DNA of 64,000 bases from an uncultured Verrucomicrobiae bacterium (GCA_963818965.1 CAWFUG010000009.1:416001-480000), one strand, 5' to 3'. Shown: positions 19,011 to 29,877, numbered from the stretch's first letter. Notes: generated by a model from the letters alone, not told the origin. Numbers and translations are program-made.

Positions 19011-20006
19011 ATGTCGATTGAGATTCTGATTCTGATTATTTTCTTGGGGCTGTTGTTCGATTATACGAACGGCTTTCACGATGCCGCTAATGTGGTCTCC
19101 ACAGTCATTGCCACGCGCGTACTCGCTCCTTTTACTGCCATTACTCTAGCAGCCCTGCTCAACTTCATCGGAGCGACGCACATCAGCGGGGTTGCCCAGA
19201 CGATCGCAACGGGTCTGGTTAATTCCCAAGACGCCTCTCAACTCGTCATTCTCTGTGCACTGATCGGGGCCATCGTCTGGAATTTTGCGACGTGGTATTT
19301 CGGGATCCCGAGCAGCTCTTCCTACGCTCTTGTCGGAGGGCTGGTCGGCGCCGCTTGGATCGCTCAAGGGTCGGAGAGTGTCATTTGGGGAGGGGTGATC
19401 TATAAAGTGATGATCCCGATGGTCGTTTCCCCTCTAGCAGGATTCCTCCTCGCCTTTTGTCTGATGAAAGGGCTGAGTCGGTTGTTGCGCTCTCCCTGGC
19501 TCCACCGTCGGAAGAAGATCTTCTCCCACCTTCAGATCGCCTCTGCGAGTTTAGTCGCCCTCGCTCACGGGCTCAACGATGCTCAAAAGAGCATGGGGAT
19601 CATCACATTAGGGCTTTTTACGGCAAATGTGATCTCGACCACGCACATCCCCCTCTGGGTGATTTTGGCGTGCGCGGTCATGATGGGGATAGGGACAGCC
19701 TCGGGAGGGTTTCGGGTCATCCGGACTGTCGGATTCGAAATCACAAAACTCGAACCCTTTCAGGGATTCGCCTCAGAGATGAGCGCCTCTTGTGTCATCT
19801 TGGTCGCCAGCTTCTTAGGATTCCCCATCAGCTCTACCCACATGATCGTAGGTTCGATCACAGGGGTGGGAGCTGCCAAGGGGATGAGACGGGTGCGTTG
19901 GACGACATTCAAAAAACTCACCCTCACCTGGATCTTCACCCTGCCGGGAGCTGCCCTGGTCGCAGGCGGGTTTTTAAAGCTATTTACAATGTTGAATCTG
20001 TTTTAG
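19011..20006 (+). CDS. Inorganic phosphate transporter (PiT family)
   Basis: NGFHDAANVVST, GIPSSSSYALVGG, HGLNDAQKSMG, GFPISSTH motifs. Confidence 0.92.
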   Translation: MSIEILILIIFLGLLFDYTNGFHDAANVVSTVIATRVLAPFTAITLAALLNFIGATHISGVAQTIATGLVNSQDASQLVILCALIGAIVWNFATWYFGIPSSSSYALVGGLVGAAWIAQGSESVIWGGVIYKVMIPMVVSPLAGFLLAFCLMKGLSRLLRSPWLHRRKKIFSHLQIASASLVALAHGLNDAQKSMGIITLGLFTANVISTTHIPLWVILACAVMMGIGTASGGFRVIRTVGFEITKLEPFQGFASEMSASCVILVASFLGFPISSTHMIVGSITGVGAAKGMRRVRWTTFKKLTLTWIFTLPGAALVAGGFLKLFTMLNLF

Positions 20007-20085
20007 TTTCGTTTTATTTTTAATTTTATTGATTATTTAATCTTTTTGATTAAAAATAAAATAAGATCGAAACTAAGGTGGTTCC

Positions 20086-22230
20086 ATGCGACGGCGTAAA
20101 GGTCAAGAGGGGCTCTCTGTTGTGCAAGCAGTTGATCATCTGTCTTCTATGGCAGAGATCGATACGTATGCTCCTTTAAATGAGCCGCCTCTCTCCAAAA
20201 AGCGAATACAAACCCTAACGCAGGATGATCCTGAGTATTTTCTCTATCATCGAGACCAGATAAAAGAGACCTTCAGGACGATCCTCAACTATCTCAAAGA
20301 GTTGCATCAAAAAGATAAGGGAAAGCTGCGCGAAGACGAGGTGCAGCGAGGGCTCAAGGCCGTCATTCTCTTAGCCACAGAGGCAGCGGAGAAGCTCGAT
20401 AAGTACGCGGAAGTGGAACAACAGGGAAAGATTACAGAGCTCAAAGAGTACCAGGATCTGATGAAGTTCTACCAGAGCAAGGTATTCCACCGCTTCCAAG
20501 CCCCTCAAGAGGGCACAGAACACTGGCCAGAACAATGGGGATCTCTTGCAGTAGAAAACGCTCAAAAGGGGAGCTTAAAAGGATTAGAGTCTGTGCGCTC
20601 TGATCGAGAATACGAGCTCTTTTACATCAAAAAAGAGGATGGAACGCCCTATTTTAACCGCTCTTTGTTGCGCCATCTTCAGCTTGTCGGGAAATTCGAT
20701 ACGCTGCTCATCGATCCCAAATCGGATGATCTCTTTGGACGCTTGAAAATCATGCAAGATAGAGACTCTCATCACGCCGCCCAAAAAATCTTAAGTGCTG
20801 TATGGGATCAAATCGAAGAGTATTTTAAAGAGGCGATGAAACACAAAGAGATTCCCTATGTCGCAGCAGTCAACCAAGCGATCATGGCCCTCATGCTCAG
20901 TGCCAATACAGCGAATCTCTTGCAAAATACGACAGGAAAGAGCTCTTTGCGCTATTATGCTGATTTCCTCTTATACCTACGCCAAGCGCTCCACTCAGAA
21001 GAATACCGACGTTACCTAACGCACCCTCCGAAGACAGCCGAGCGTTTTTTTTCCCTCGCCTTTAAATTGACCCATCAGCTCAGCGCCCTTGTCTTCTTGC
21101 GATCAGGCTATCAAAAAGAGATGCAGCTGTTCATCCGCCAATTGATCGAAAGGGGGATGGCAGATAGCATAACAGAGAAAGAGAAGAAAAGCCCCTTGGC
21201 CTCTTGGAACATCTTACGCGATGAAGACGCCGCCTTGCGCTCTTTGTTACAAAAGTATCCCAATGGTCCTCTCATAAAGACCCTTTCCCTATTTCAAGAC
21301 GATCTTCCCATGAGCGGCTTTGATCCGATCAAATCGACGCATCTGCCTGCGCAGCTTTACACGCTGGTCAATAACGACATGCATGTGAGTTGCTTGAGAA
21401 TCCCCAGTCCTATCCTCCAAAAAGTAATCCGCAAAGCAGAGATCGCTGAAGAATTTTACGGGTTTTTAAGGAGTCTTAGCTCCAAAGGAACCCATCAACA
21501 CCATCTTCTCATCAACCTTCAGGACCGCACCTCGTGGCAGGAGCACACGCGCTGTGTCGCTCTAGAAGAGATCCCTGAAAAAGAAGATTTTTCAGCCGTA
21601 TTGAGCGTCGTGACCCTTCCCAAAAGTGGCGATTTTTACTGGCAGAGCGCCGAATATCTCGATCGCGACGATGCGAGCGAATTCATCCAACAGTTTAAGA
21701 GTCAAATTGCAAGCGGAGAGCAGTGCGGCTTTTTCTTCCCTAAAACGATCGACAAAAAGCAACTGGCTACATTTTCCACTCAAGCATTCCAAACGATCCA
21801 TACCCTCTTCTTCGGCGGAAAAAAGATGTTGACCCATCGCAACCGACTCGATTTCATCGAGATCTTCTACATCCTGTTAACTCTCAAGCTCATCGAAGAG
21901 AGCTCCCCAGATAGTATGAGCTTCACCTGTAAGGACGCCCTCGATACAGGCATCGTCCACAGCGCCGAGCTCTTCGCCTTCCTGCGGTTGCTCAATGACC
22001 CTTCCCCCTGTACCAAGGAAGAGCGCGACTTCTTCGTCTGGATGCTCTATGCCCCTGCTTTGGAGGCCCGTTTCCGGGCGATCGAGCCCAAGGCCTTGGA
22101 TCGGATGCTCGGGGCCATCAGCCTCATCCACGGCGAGCTCGAGGCCCACCGCACCGCCATTGTGGCCGGCTGCGGCCAGCTCTACAAGCGGCAGTTCTTT
22201 AAAGACTTGATTATCAAGGACTTCGTTTAG
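20086..22230 (+). CDS. Large conserved hypothetical protein (Chlamydiae-type)
   Basis: 714-aa intact ORF; DREYELFYI, LINLQDRTSWQE and SFTCKDALD segments; no function recognised. Confidence 0.75.
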   Translation: MRRRKGQEGLSVVQAVDHLSSMAEIDTYAPLNEPPLSKKRIQTLTQDDPEYFLYHRDQIKETFRTILNYLKELHQKDKGKLREDEVQRGLKAVILLATEAAEKLDKYAEVEQQGKITELKEYQDLMKFYQSKVFHRFQAPQEGTEHWPEQWGSLAVENAQKGSLKGLESVRSDREYELFYIKKEDGTPYFNRSLLRHLQLVGKFDTLLIDPKSDDLFGRLKIMQDRDSHHAAQKILSAVWDQIEEYFKEAMKHKEIPYVAAVNQAIMALMLSANTANLLQNTTGKSSLRYYADFLLYLRQALHSEEYRRYLTHPPKTAERFFSLAFKLTHQLSALVFLRSGYQKEMQLFIRQLIERGMADSITEKEKKSPLASWNILRDEDAALRSLLQKYPNGPLIKTLSLFQDDLPMSGFDPIKSTHLPAQLYTLVNNDMHVSCLRIPSPILQKVIRKAEIAEEFYGFLRSLSSKGTHQHHLLINLQDRTSWQEHTRCVALEEIPEKEDFSAVLSVVTLPKSGDFYWQSAEYLDRDDASEFIQQFKSQIASGEQCGFFFPKTIDKKQLATFSTQAFQTIHTLFFGGKKMLTHRNRLDFIEIFYILLTLKLIEESSPDSMSFTCKDALDTGIVHSAELFAFLRLLNDPSPCTKEERDFFVWMLYAPALEARFRAIEPKALDRMLGAISLIHGELEAHRTAIVAGCGQLYKRQFFKDLIIKDFV

Positions 22231-22419
22231 TGTTTTTCTTTCTTTTCCTCTGCTCAGCTTCTGGCGATTGATCGTAAGTGGTTTGTAGTCAATCGTTTGC
22301 GGTTTTTAGCTGGTTTAGCTTCTTTTAATTAATTGTTTTATTTAACTTTTGTTTTTTATATAATTATGTTTAGTAGGTTTTTTGTTTTTTTAATTAATTT
22401 AATAAAATGTGAGGTTTTT

Positions 22420-23058
22420 ATGGCGTTTGGTATTGATGGCGTCCAGTCCATGTCCTATAATAGAACAAAATTAACTAGTGGAGCAACTAGAGGAGGGGCG
22501 GGGCATACAGGAGGCGAAGTAATCAACAGAGGTCAGTTTGTTAGTAGTACACAGCCTTATAATAGAGGGAATTCAAAGGTAAATACTCGTGTGACAGTAG
22601 TTGCCTTAAAAGTTACTGCAGAAAAAAAACCGGTTCAGAGAGCACAAACTCTACCTTCTACTCAATCCAATGAAAGGGCTGCTTTTTTTAAAAGATATGA
22701 TGGGGTACGCGCACAGCAATTATCCAAACCGCAAGATATATCCAAAGCTCAAACGATGGAAAATGAAGAGCCGAGAGATCATTTGAATTCCAATCCATTC
22801 TCTGTAACTGCCTTGACTCTAACACAACCCTCTCCATCGCAAGCCATAGCTATACCCGAACCTCAAAAGAAAGAAGGTGAAGAATCGAGCAATGGTTCAA
22901 GTCCTGAGTTATACTCTGTAACAGACCCAACTATAACAAAAGCGCGGAACTTTATGGATCGTGTTATAAACCGGGCGGGGCAGACTCCTGAAGTCTCTTT
23001 TGGGTCTTCAGATTCAGGGTCTTCTGTTGATGAGAAAGATAAGGACTACTACTGCTAA
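22420..23058 (+). CDS. Ser/Thr-rich disordered hypothetical protein (candidate T3SS substrate)
   Basis: GAGG then ATG 22420; low complexity; AT-rich upstream region. Confidence 0.6.
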   Translation: MAFGIDGVQSMSYNRTKLTSGATRGGAGHTGGEVINRGQFVSSTQPYNRGNSKVNTRVTVVALKVTAEKKPVQRAQTLPSTQSNERAAFFKRYDGVRAQQLSKPQDISKAQTMENEEPRDHLNSNPFSVTALTLTQPSPSQAIAIPEPQKKEGEESSNGSSPELYSVTDPTITKARNFMDRVINRAGQTPEVSFGSSDSGSSVDEKDKDYYC

Positions 23059-23061
23059 TAG

Positions 23062-23253
23062 TTATACTCTGCCCGCTATAAAAATCCCTGCCGCCAGGTT
23101 GGGTATAACCACAGAGATGGAAAACCACAGAGAGGAAATTTTTTAATATGAATTTCCTCTCTGTGGTTTTCCATCTCTGTGGTGAGATTGCATATATTCA
23201 GAATGGAGTGATGGGGAGCTAGATTAGGTCCTCATGAATTACGCAACAACGCC
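23062..23253. repeat. Repeat family A, copy 3, abutting a degenerate TATACC palindrome
   Basis: TTATACTCTGCCCGCT...GGGTATA|ACCACAGAGATGG ... GCAACAACGCC end. Confidence 0.85.
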
Positions 23254-23535
23254 TAAGGATTACCCCACTTCATCCCTACATACCTTCCCAGTTTCTAAGT
23301 AATTTTTCACCTTCAGAAGGGGTCATTTCTAAAAAATACTTACACATGGAAAAAGTATTAGCGGGAATTGTTAAAAAAAAAGTTAACATTTTTCGCAGGC
23401 GAAAAAATGAAGTTACGACAGGAATGAGTTGTGAAATATTTTAAACTTACCTCAATATTGACAATATAGATAAAATATATGAAAATATGTACATGAAATA
23501 ACGGTTTTTTTAACAAAAAGTAGTAAGGTGGTTTT

Positions 23536-24835
23536 ATGTCTTTTCTTAGTTCGATCGGAAAATCCAAGGTAATTGACAGTTCCTCATCCTCCTCGTCCTC
23601 ATCAGACGTAGCACCCACACAAACCCGTTCAAAAATGGGGAAGACGTCAAACCCCAGACAATACACCACAAGCCGAGCAACTACTACTACGACTACTACT
23701 AAAACCGCTAATGCATTCTTGGAGTCATCATCCTCATCAGACTCAGCACCCACACAAACCCGCTTAAAAAGTACGAGGGACGTCAAATCCTAGACAATAC
23801 ACCGCAAGCCGAGGAACCTCTTCGAATAAGCCCACCACTACTACGACTACTACTAAAATCAGTAAGGCGTTCTTTGAGTCATCTTCCTCATCGTCTGACT
23901 CAGGACCTACTAGCGCATTATCCTCATCAACCCGTTCAAAACTTTGGGATGTTTCAGATCTCAGTCGATCCAAGACGAGCCAAGCGAGCTCTTCGAATAA
24001 GTCCAATACCACTAAACCCCGTGCATTCTTCGATAGTTCCTCCTCATCATCAAGCGAAAGCACCTCTTCTTCAAGTTCAGAAGACCTTCAAGCACGACGA
24101 CGCACTCCACAAAAAACCAAGAAGCAGAGTTCAGCTTCTAAGTCTAGTAAATCGGCTTCTAAGCCTACTAAGTCAGATGAAAAAAAACTGGCCGCAGAGT
24201 TGGCAGCGTTGGCTAAGATCGAAAAATTAGCTCAGAGAGGTGTGATTATTTTTTATGATGATAGCTTTACACCGTTAACAGGATGTTTTGGTAATTTTCA
24301 TATTTGCGAAAATCCGATTGAATTCGAAGGTCACTCTTATTCCAATTCTGAGGCGGCTTTTCAGGCTCAAAAATTCGCTAATAACAAAGATCTGCAAGCG
24401 ACGTTTAAGAAATTCAATCGAAACACTACTGGCAAAGAAGCTCTTGCGCTAGGTAAAACTCGTCTCTCCCCAGAACAAGTCGCTAAGTGGGATAGGTCTA
24501 AGTTCGATGTCATGTACGATATTTTGCAAGCAAAATTCGATTGTAACGAAGCTCTCCAGAAAAAATTGCTGGCTACTGGAGATGCCCTACTCGTCGAACA
24601 CTTACCCGATCCTCACAGGAGCGATACATTTTGGAGCGATGGATTCTATGGACCCGGAGGGGAGCATGGAACAGAAACTGAAAAAGGAGGAAACAATCTG
24701 GGGATGTGCCTAATGTGGGTGCGCCATGGCTATCAAGATCAAATGCAGGGCACTAAGACTCAATTTGATCAAGCGCGTTACGAGGCGCAATATCGAAAGC
24801 TAGACTTTCCAAATTTGGGTGACTTGCGAGCCTAG
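23536..24835 (+). CDS. Ser/Thr-repeat protein fused to a C-terminal NADAR (YbiA/DUF1768) domain; one +1 frameshift at about 23770
   Basis: Removing one A at 23766-23770 restores the repeat TSNPRQYT and reads in frame into 24200..24835. NADAR motifs: GNF..SEAAFQAQKF, KF..NEALQKKLLATG..LVE, D.FW.DG, NNLG..LM.VR. Confidence 0.75.
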
Positions 24836-24865
24836 GGGCCTGTTTAAACGCTCCGCACTCGATAG

Positions 24866-24900
24866 AAAGGGGAGACCTCATCAGAGGCTCCCCTTTTTTT
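24866..24900. terminator. Bidirectional intrinsic terminator
   Basis: GGGAGACCTC-ATCA-GAGGCTCCC hairpin plus T-run between convergent genes. Confidence 0.7.
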
Positions 24901-26101
24901 ATTCCCCTTCCGCATCCAGCAGCTGCTGGTTATAGAGCTTAAGGCTGCTAGAGAGCGCCTCAGCTTGTCTCAAGAGCTCGGCGAAGTCGCGGCGGAAGGC
25001 GTCGTCACTGAGGATCTCTTCTTTTTTCGGGTTATATTGGGCTCTGTCGATGAGTTGAGAGAGGCGGGACATCGCCGTATTGATGTCGTCCACTTCTGTT
25101 TCGAAGTAGTGTTTAAAGCTTTGTGGGGTATCGAGGGCATTCATCGTGGTGATTTGTTGGGAGCGTAGACGCTGCCAGGTCTTGTTGAGGTGGAAGAGGA
25201 TGCCGTAGTTATTGATGTCGTTCATCATGGTGTTGACCTTGCTCATGATGGCGGTGACTCTCAGGTAGAGGTCATCCCCTTTGATCAATTTGCCAAGCGT
25301 TCCTGTGCCACTTGCGATATCGCAGGTGATTGAATTGATGTAGGAAGAAGCGCTTTTTAGGTTGTTCATCATGACGCCAGCATTTGCAAACACCTGGGCA
25401 TTTTCGAGCTCATCGATTGCATTGTGGATGCTGACAACGGTATCTTTTGCCTCATTGACCATCGATTGAATATCGAGGATCACTTCTGAATCATTGACTG
25501 TTTGGACGGCTTCTTTAATCTCATCCATCGCATTGGCAAAGCTCGTGACGGCATAGCCCATCTCGTCGGAATTTTTCCGCAGCCACTGATTGACCTGTTG
25601 GAAGGTGGTCTGCATCTCTGTGGCGAGGTCGGATAGTTCGGTGAAGGCCTGTTCGATCGGATCTGCCGACTCGGCGTAGATCGGTTGGTTGGTGATGAGT
25701 TTAGGAACGACCCCTTTAGGGGGGGCTTTGGGCATGATGGCGATCGATTTTTCACCGAGAAGGCCAGAGGTTTGGATGATCACATCATCTGTGTCATAGA
25801 CTTTGATGTGAGAATCGACTTTTAAGACGAGTTGGTAGTAATAGACGTCGCCCATCACGTCGATTAGGGGTTTTTGCCTTGCGTTATAGATCTCATCGAT
25901 CGCGACGACTTCTCCGACGGGTTTTCCCGCAAAGAGCACGCGCGTGCCGACATTAATGCGGTTGATATTGGCAAAGCGGACGTAGAGGGTTTCTTTTCCA
26001 TCTCCTACAGAGGGTTTTAAGAAGAGGGTCAGCCAGACGATCAGGGCACAGGCAGCGATGACAAAGACCCCGATCAGCATGTTTTTGGTCTGTTCACCCA
26101 T
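24899..26101 (-). CDS. mlaD: MlaD/MCE family protein
   Basis: N-terminal TM, GTRVLFAGKPVGEV, TSGLLGEKSIAI; follows mlaF. Confidence 0.88.
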   Translation of the reverse strand: MGEQTKNMLIGVFVIAACALIVWLTLFLKPSVGDGKETLYVRFANINRINVGTRVLFAGKPVGEVVAIDEIYNARQKPLIDVMGDVYYYQLVLKVDSHIKVYDTDDVIIQTSGLLGEKSIAIMPKAPPKGVVPKLITNQPIYAESADPIEQAFTELSDLATEMQTTFQQVNQWLRKNSDEMGYAVTSFANAMDEIKEAVQTVNDSEVILDIQSMVNEAKDTVVSIHNAIDELENAQVFANAGVMMNNLKSASSYINSITCDIASGTGTLGKLIKGDDLYLRVTAIMSKVNTMMNDINNYGILFHLNKTWQRLRSQQITTMNALDTPQSFKHYFETEVDDINTAMSRLSQLIDRAQYNPKKEEILSDDAFRRDFAELLRQAEALSSSLKLYNQQLLDAEGE

Positions 26102-26876
26102 GGTGGTTTTTCTCCTTTAAGGTTCTGGGATCTTGAGAGATCGTACAATAGAGGAATTTAATAAGGGGATCGTCGATCTTCAAGAAAGCGTCTGGTTCTG
26201 CGATGTGTGCGATTTTTCCATCGCGAATGAGTGCGAGCCGGTCTCCGACGTAGAGAGCAGAGAACATGTCGTGTGTGACTACGATACTCGTCGCTTTGAG
26301 CTCTTCTTTGGTTTTGACGATGAGTTCATTGATCTGCATGGCGATGATTGGGTCTAGACCTGTCGTCGGTTCATCGTAGAGGATGATTTTAGGACGGTAG
26401 ACGATGACACGCGCGAGTGCTGCTCTTTTGCGCATCCCTCCAGAAAGCTCTGAGGGCATTTTTTTATGCGTTCCCTGAAGGCCGACGAGTTCGAGAGCAT
26501 AGGAGACGCGGTCTGCGATCTCTTTCTTTGAGAGTCTTTTTCCCGTTTCTAAATCGCCGTGTTCTGTCAGGTAGAAGCCGGTATTTTCTTCCACATTCAT
26601 CGAATCGAAGAGGGCGCCTCCTTGAAAGAGCATTCCCATTTGGTGGATGAATTTAAAGAGTTCTGATCGGTCGAGGTCGGTGATGCGCAAGCTGTCGATG
26701 TCAATCGTCCCTGCATCGGGTTTTAAGAGGCCGATGATGTGCTTGAGCAGCACACTCTTGCCGATTCCCGAAGGGCCGAGGATGACGACGGTCTCTCCTT
26801 CTTCAATCTGGAGGTCGAGCCCGCTTAAGACCTGTACTTTTCCAAATTTCTTCCACAAGTTGCAAATCTTAATCAT
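26094..26876 (-). CDS. mlaF: ABC transporter ATPase MlaF
   Basis: GPSGIGKS, LFQGGALFDSM, LSGGMRKR, YDEPTTGLDP. Confidence 0.92.
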   Translation of the reverse strand: MIKICNLWKKFGKVQVLSGLDLQIEEGETVVILGPSGIGKSVLLKHIIGLLKPDAGTIDIDSLRITDLDRSELFKFIHQMGMLFQGGALFDSMNVEENTGFYLTEHGDLETGKRLSKKEIADRVSYALELVGLQGTHKKMPSELSGGMRKRAALARVIVYRPKIILYDEPTTGLDPIIAMQINELIVKTKEELKATSIVVTHDMFSALYVGDRLALIRDGKIAHIAEPDAFLKIDDPLIKFLYCTISQDPRTLKEKNHHG

Positions 26877-27697
26877 AGAAACCTAGAGATTTGGTCGTGG
26901 AGGATATTGAGAGAGACGGTGAGGAAGAAATTAATCAATAGAATGGCGCAATAGGTGATGACGACGCTACTGGTCGTAGCTCTCCCGACACCAGCGGCCC
27001 CGCCCGTGGTGCGCAGCCCCTTAAAACAGGCGATGGTGAGGATGAGGATGCCGAAGATGAATCCCTTGATGATTCCCGTCATAAAGTCGAAATAAGTCAC
27101 GTGAGTCGGGATCGGATCGAAATAGGTATTCGGCGCCATGCCGAAGAAATAGACAGCGATGAGATAGCCCCCAAAAATGCCCATGACGATCCCGAAGATC
27201 GTGAGAAGGGGCATCATGAGGATCCCAGAGATGAATCGAGGCGCTAGAAGGTAGCGATTCGGATTGACGGACATCGTCTGGAGCGCGTCGATCTGTTCTG
27301 AGACGCGCATCGTTCCGAGTTCTGCACACATCGCAGCGCCCACACGCCCTGTCACCATGAATGCCGTCAATACAGGCCCGAGCTCTGTCATCATCGCCTT
27401 AGCGACCATGAGCCCTGTGACAGAAGCGAGGCCTTTATCGGATAATTGATAAAAAGATTGTGCAGCGAGTACGAGCCCTGTCGAAAATCCCGTGATTGCG
27501 ACGACGGGAAGCGACGCGACCCCGATGTCATAGAGCTGTTGAAGGATGAGACGGAGGTGGGGAGGACGCTGCAGTGTCGCTTTAGCGACCTGTAAAATGA
27601 GAGTGATGTATTCCCCGAGGGCGATCACGATCCCCATTCTCTGGAGAACTTTGACCCACGTCGAATGGTTATTCTGATTTTCTACACTAGCTTCCAT
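26873..27697 (-). CDS. mlaE: ABC permease MlaE
   Basis: ELGPVLTAFMVTGRVGAAMCAELGTMRVSEQIDAL, GGAAGVGRATT. Confidence 0.93.
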   Translation of the reverse strand: MEASVENQNNHSTWVKVLQRMGIVIALGEYITLILQVAKATLQRPPHLRLILQQLYDIGVASLPVVAITGFSTGLVLAAQSFYQLSDKGLASVTGLMVAKAMMTELGPVLTAFMVTGRVGAAMCAELGTMRVSEQIDALQTMSVNPNRYLLAPRFISGILMMPLLTIFGIVMGIFGGYLIAVYFFGMAPNTYFDPIPTHVTYFDFMTGIIKGFIFGILILTIACFKGLRTTGGAAGVGRATTSSVVITYCAILLINFFLTVSLNILHDQISRFL

Positions 27698-27750
27698 ATC
27701 CGCATTGTAGAAAAAATACTATTTTTAGGGACATATCTAATTGATATCCC

Positions 27751-27824
27751 TTCCCTCTCTGTGGTTTTCCCTCTCTGTGGTTAAAAAATTTTCACCACAG
27801 AGAGTGGAAACCACAGAGAGGGAA
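27751..27824. repeat. Repeat family A, copy 4
   Basis: TTCCCTCTCTGTGGTTTTCCCTCTCTGTGG...CCACAGAGAGTGGAAACCACAGAGAGGGAA hairpin. Confidence 0.92.
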
Positions 27825-27830
27825 AAGACC

Positions 27831-28253
27831 TTATATCCCTAGGGAATCGAGGTAATTTTGGAGGATGACGACTGCGGAGAGGCTGTCACTGAGCTGAGCG
27901 CGTTTTTTGCGAGAGACTTCAGCGTCTTTGAGCATCCGATCGACTTGGGAGGAGGTGAGTCTTTCATCCCAAAACAGCACGGGGATGGCGAGGGCTTCGC
28001 CTAGAGCCGTTCCAAAGGCTTTTGCCAAAAGCGCCATGTCTCCCTCTTTGCCGCTGAGCAACAGGGGATGTCCGACGATGATTTTTTCGATAGGACCGAG
28101 GGGGGCAAGCTCTTTTTGGATGAGGGCGATGGTGGCCGTCTTCTCTTTAGCGACGCGAATGGTCGGAAGGCTACGTGCGATGATCTTCCTCTCATCAGAA
28201 ACCGCGAGCCCGATCCGTACCGTTCCAAAATCAACTCCGACAATTCTTCCCAA
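27831..28253 (-). CDS. ruvX: Putative pre-16S rRNA nuclease / Holliday junction resolvase YqgF
   Basis: GVDFGTVRIGLAVSD, WDERLTS, DSLSAVVILQNYLD. Confidence 0.93.
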   Translation of the reverse strand: MGRIVGVDFGTVRIGLAVSDERKIIARSLPTIRVAKEKTATIALIQKELAPLGPIEKIIVGHPLLLSGKEGDMALLAKAFGTALGEALAIPVLFWDERLTSSQVDRMLKDAEVSRKKRAQLSDSLSAVVILQNYLDSLGI

Positions 28254-29877
28254 CGGGCTCTCTCATTTTATTTTTTAGGACAGCGCCGATAAACTCTCGA
28301 AAAAGGGGATGGGGCTCGGCGGGTTTTGATTTGAATTCGGGATGGAACTGGACCCCGAGCATCCACGGATGGTCTTTGATCTCAGCGATCTCGCAGAGAT
28401 CTCCTTCTTCGAAAATGCCCGATAGGATGAGTCCGTTGTCTTCGCAGGCTTGTTTGTAGGTGTTATTGAATTCGAAGCGATGGCGGTGGCGCTCTGAGAT
28501 CTTATTTGTGCCATACGCCAGCTCTGCTTTTGTGCCGGGAAGGACGCGACAAGAAAAGGCGCCGAGGCGCATCGTGCCTCCGAGTTCCTCAACCCCTCTT
28601 TGTTCACTGAGCAAAGAGATGATCGGGTGGGAAGTCGCAGGATCGATTTCTGTCGAGTTCGCATCGTGTAGGTCGAGCACGTGTCTCGCGAATTCGACAC
28701 AGAGCACTTGCATGCCTAGACACAGACCAAAATAGGGGATGTTATTTTCCCTGCAGTACTTCGCCGTCATGATCTTGCCCATCCAGCCCCGCTCTCCAAA
28801 GCCTCCAGGGACGAGATAGCCATCACAGCCACCGATCACCTTTTCGACAGAACCGAGATCGAGTACTTTATCCGATTCGAATCGGCGGATTTCGATCTCG
28901 ACTTGATTAGCGAGAGCCCCATGGTAGAGGGCCTCGAAGACAGATTTATAGGCATCTTGATGCTGTAAATACTTACCGACGATCCCGATGACCACTTTCC
29001 CCTTGGGATTTTTTAAAGTGTGGAGCATCGCTTCCCATTTTAAGAGGTCAGCGCGCTGGGAAGGGAGATTCAGGAGCTGGCAGATTTTATCGTCTAAGTG
29101 TTGGCGGTGTAGATTGAGGGGCACCTCGTAGATGCAAGGGACGTCGGGGATATCGATAACGCCTTCTTTAGAGACGCTGCAAAAGAGACTGATCTTATCC
29201 TTGAGCTCTTCAGAAAGGCTCTCTTCACAACGACAGAGGATCAGATTGGGGATGATCCCGATACTGCGCAATGTCTGTACAGAGTGTTGGGTGGGTTTTG
29301 TCTTGAGCTCTCCTGCCGCTTTTAGAAAGGGGACATAGGTCAGGTGGATGTTGAGACAATCGGAGGGTCTTTCATGGCAGAATTGACGAATCGCTTCAAA
29401 GAAGGGCAAAGATTCGATATCGCCGACGGTCCCGCCGATCTCGACAAGAACGACATCAGTCTGGGGCATTTGTCGTGAGCAAGCGATGATCCTCTGTTTG
29501 ATCTCATCGGTGACATGGGGGATGACTTGCACTGTCTTACCGAGATAATCCCCACGCCGTTCCGATTTGATGACAGCATCATAGATCTGGCCCGAAGTGG
29601 CATTAGAAAGGCGGGAAAGAGGGGTATTGGTCAGGCGGTGGTAATGGCCTAAATCCAAGTCGGTTTCCGCTCCATCGTCTGTGACGTAGACCTCTCCATG
29701 CTGGAAGGGGTTCATCGTGCCTGGATCGACGTTGAGGTAAGGATCGAGCTTTAACATCGCAATTTTGAGGCCTCTGGACTCTAAAAGCATCGCGATGGAA
29801 GCTGAGGTAAGCCCCTTGCCCAGGGAAGAGACCACGCCCCCGCTAATAAAAATATATTTTGTCGATTGCATGCACAA
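28231..29877 (-). CDS. pyrG: CTP synthase
   Basis: GGVVSSLGKG, DPYLNVDPGTMNPFQHGEV, GLCLGMQ, QFHPEF. Confidence 0.98.
   Translation of the reverse strand: MCMQSTKYIFISGGVVSSLGKGLTSASIAMLLESRGLKIAMLKLDPYLNVDPGTMNPFQHGEVYVTDDGAETDLDLGHYHRLTNTPLSRLSNATSGQIYDAVIKSERRGDYLGKTVQVIPHVTDEIKQRIIACSRQMPQTDVVLVEIGGTVGDIESLPFFEAIRQFCHERPSDCLNIHLTYVPFLKAAGELKTKPTQHSVQTLRSIGIIPNLILCRCEESLSEELKDKISLFCSVSKEGVIDIPDVPCIYEVPLNLHRQHLDDKICQLLNLPSQRADLLKWEAMLHTLKNPKGKVVIGIVGKYLQHQDAYKSVFEALYHGALANQVEIEIRRFESDKVLDLGSVEKVIGGCDGYLVPGGFGERGWMGKIMTAKYCRENNIPYFGLCLGMQVLCVEFARHVLDLHDANSTEIDPATSHPIISLLSEQRGVEELGGTMRLGAFSCRVLPGTKAELAYGTNKISERHRHRFEFNNTYKQACEDNGLILSGIFEEGDLCEIAEIKDHPWMLGVQFHPEFKSKPAEPHPLFREFIGAVLKNKMREPVGKNCRS

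Noticed and set aside
28231..28253. pyrG/ruvX overlap as a frameshift
   Set aside because: Both proteins are complete; a short overlap with a TTG start is enough to explain it.
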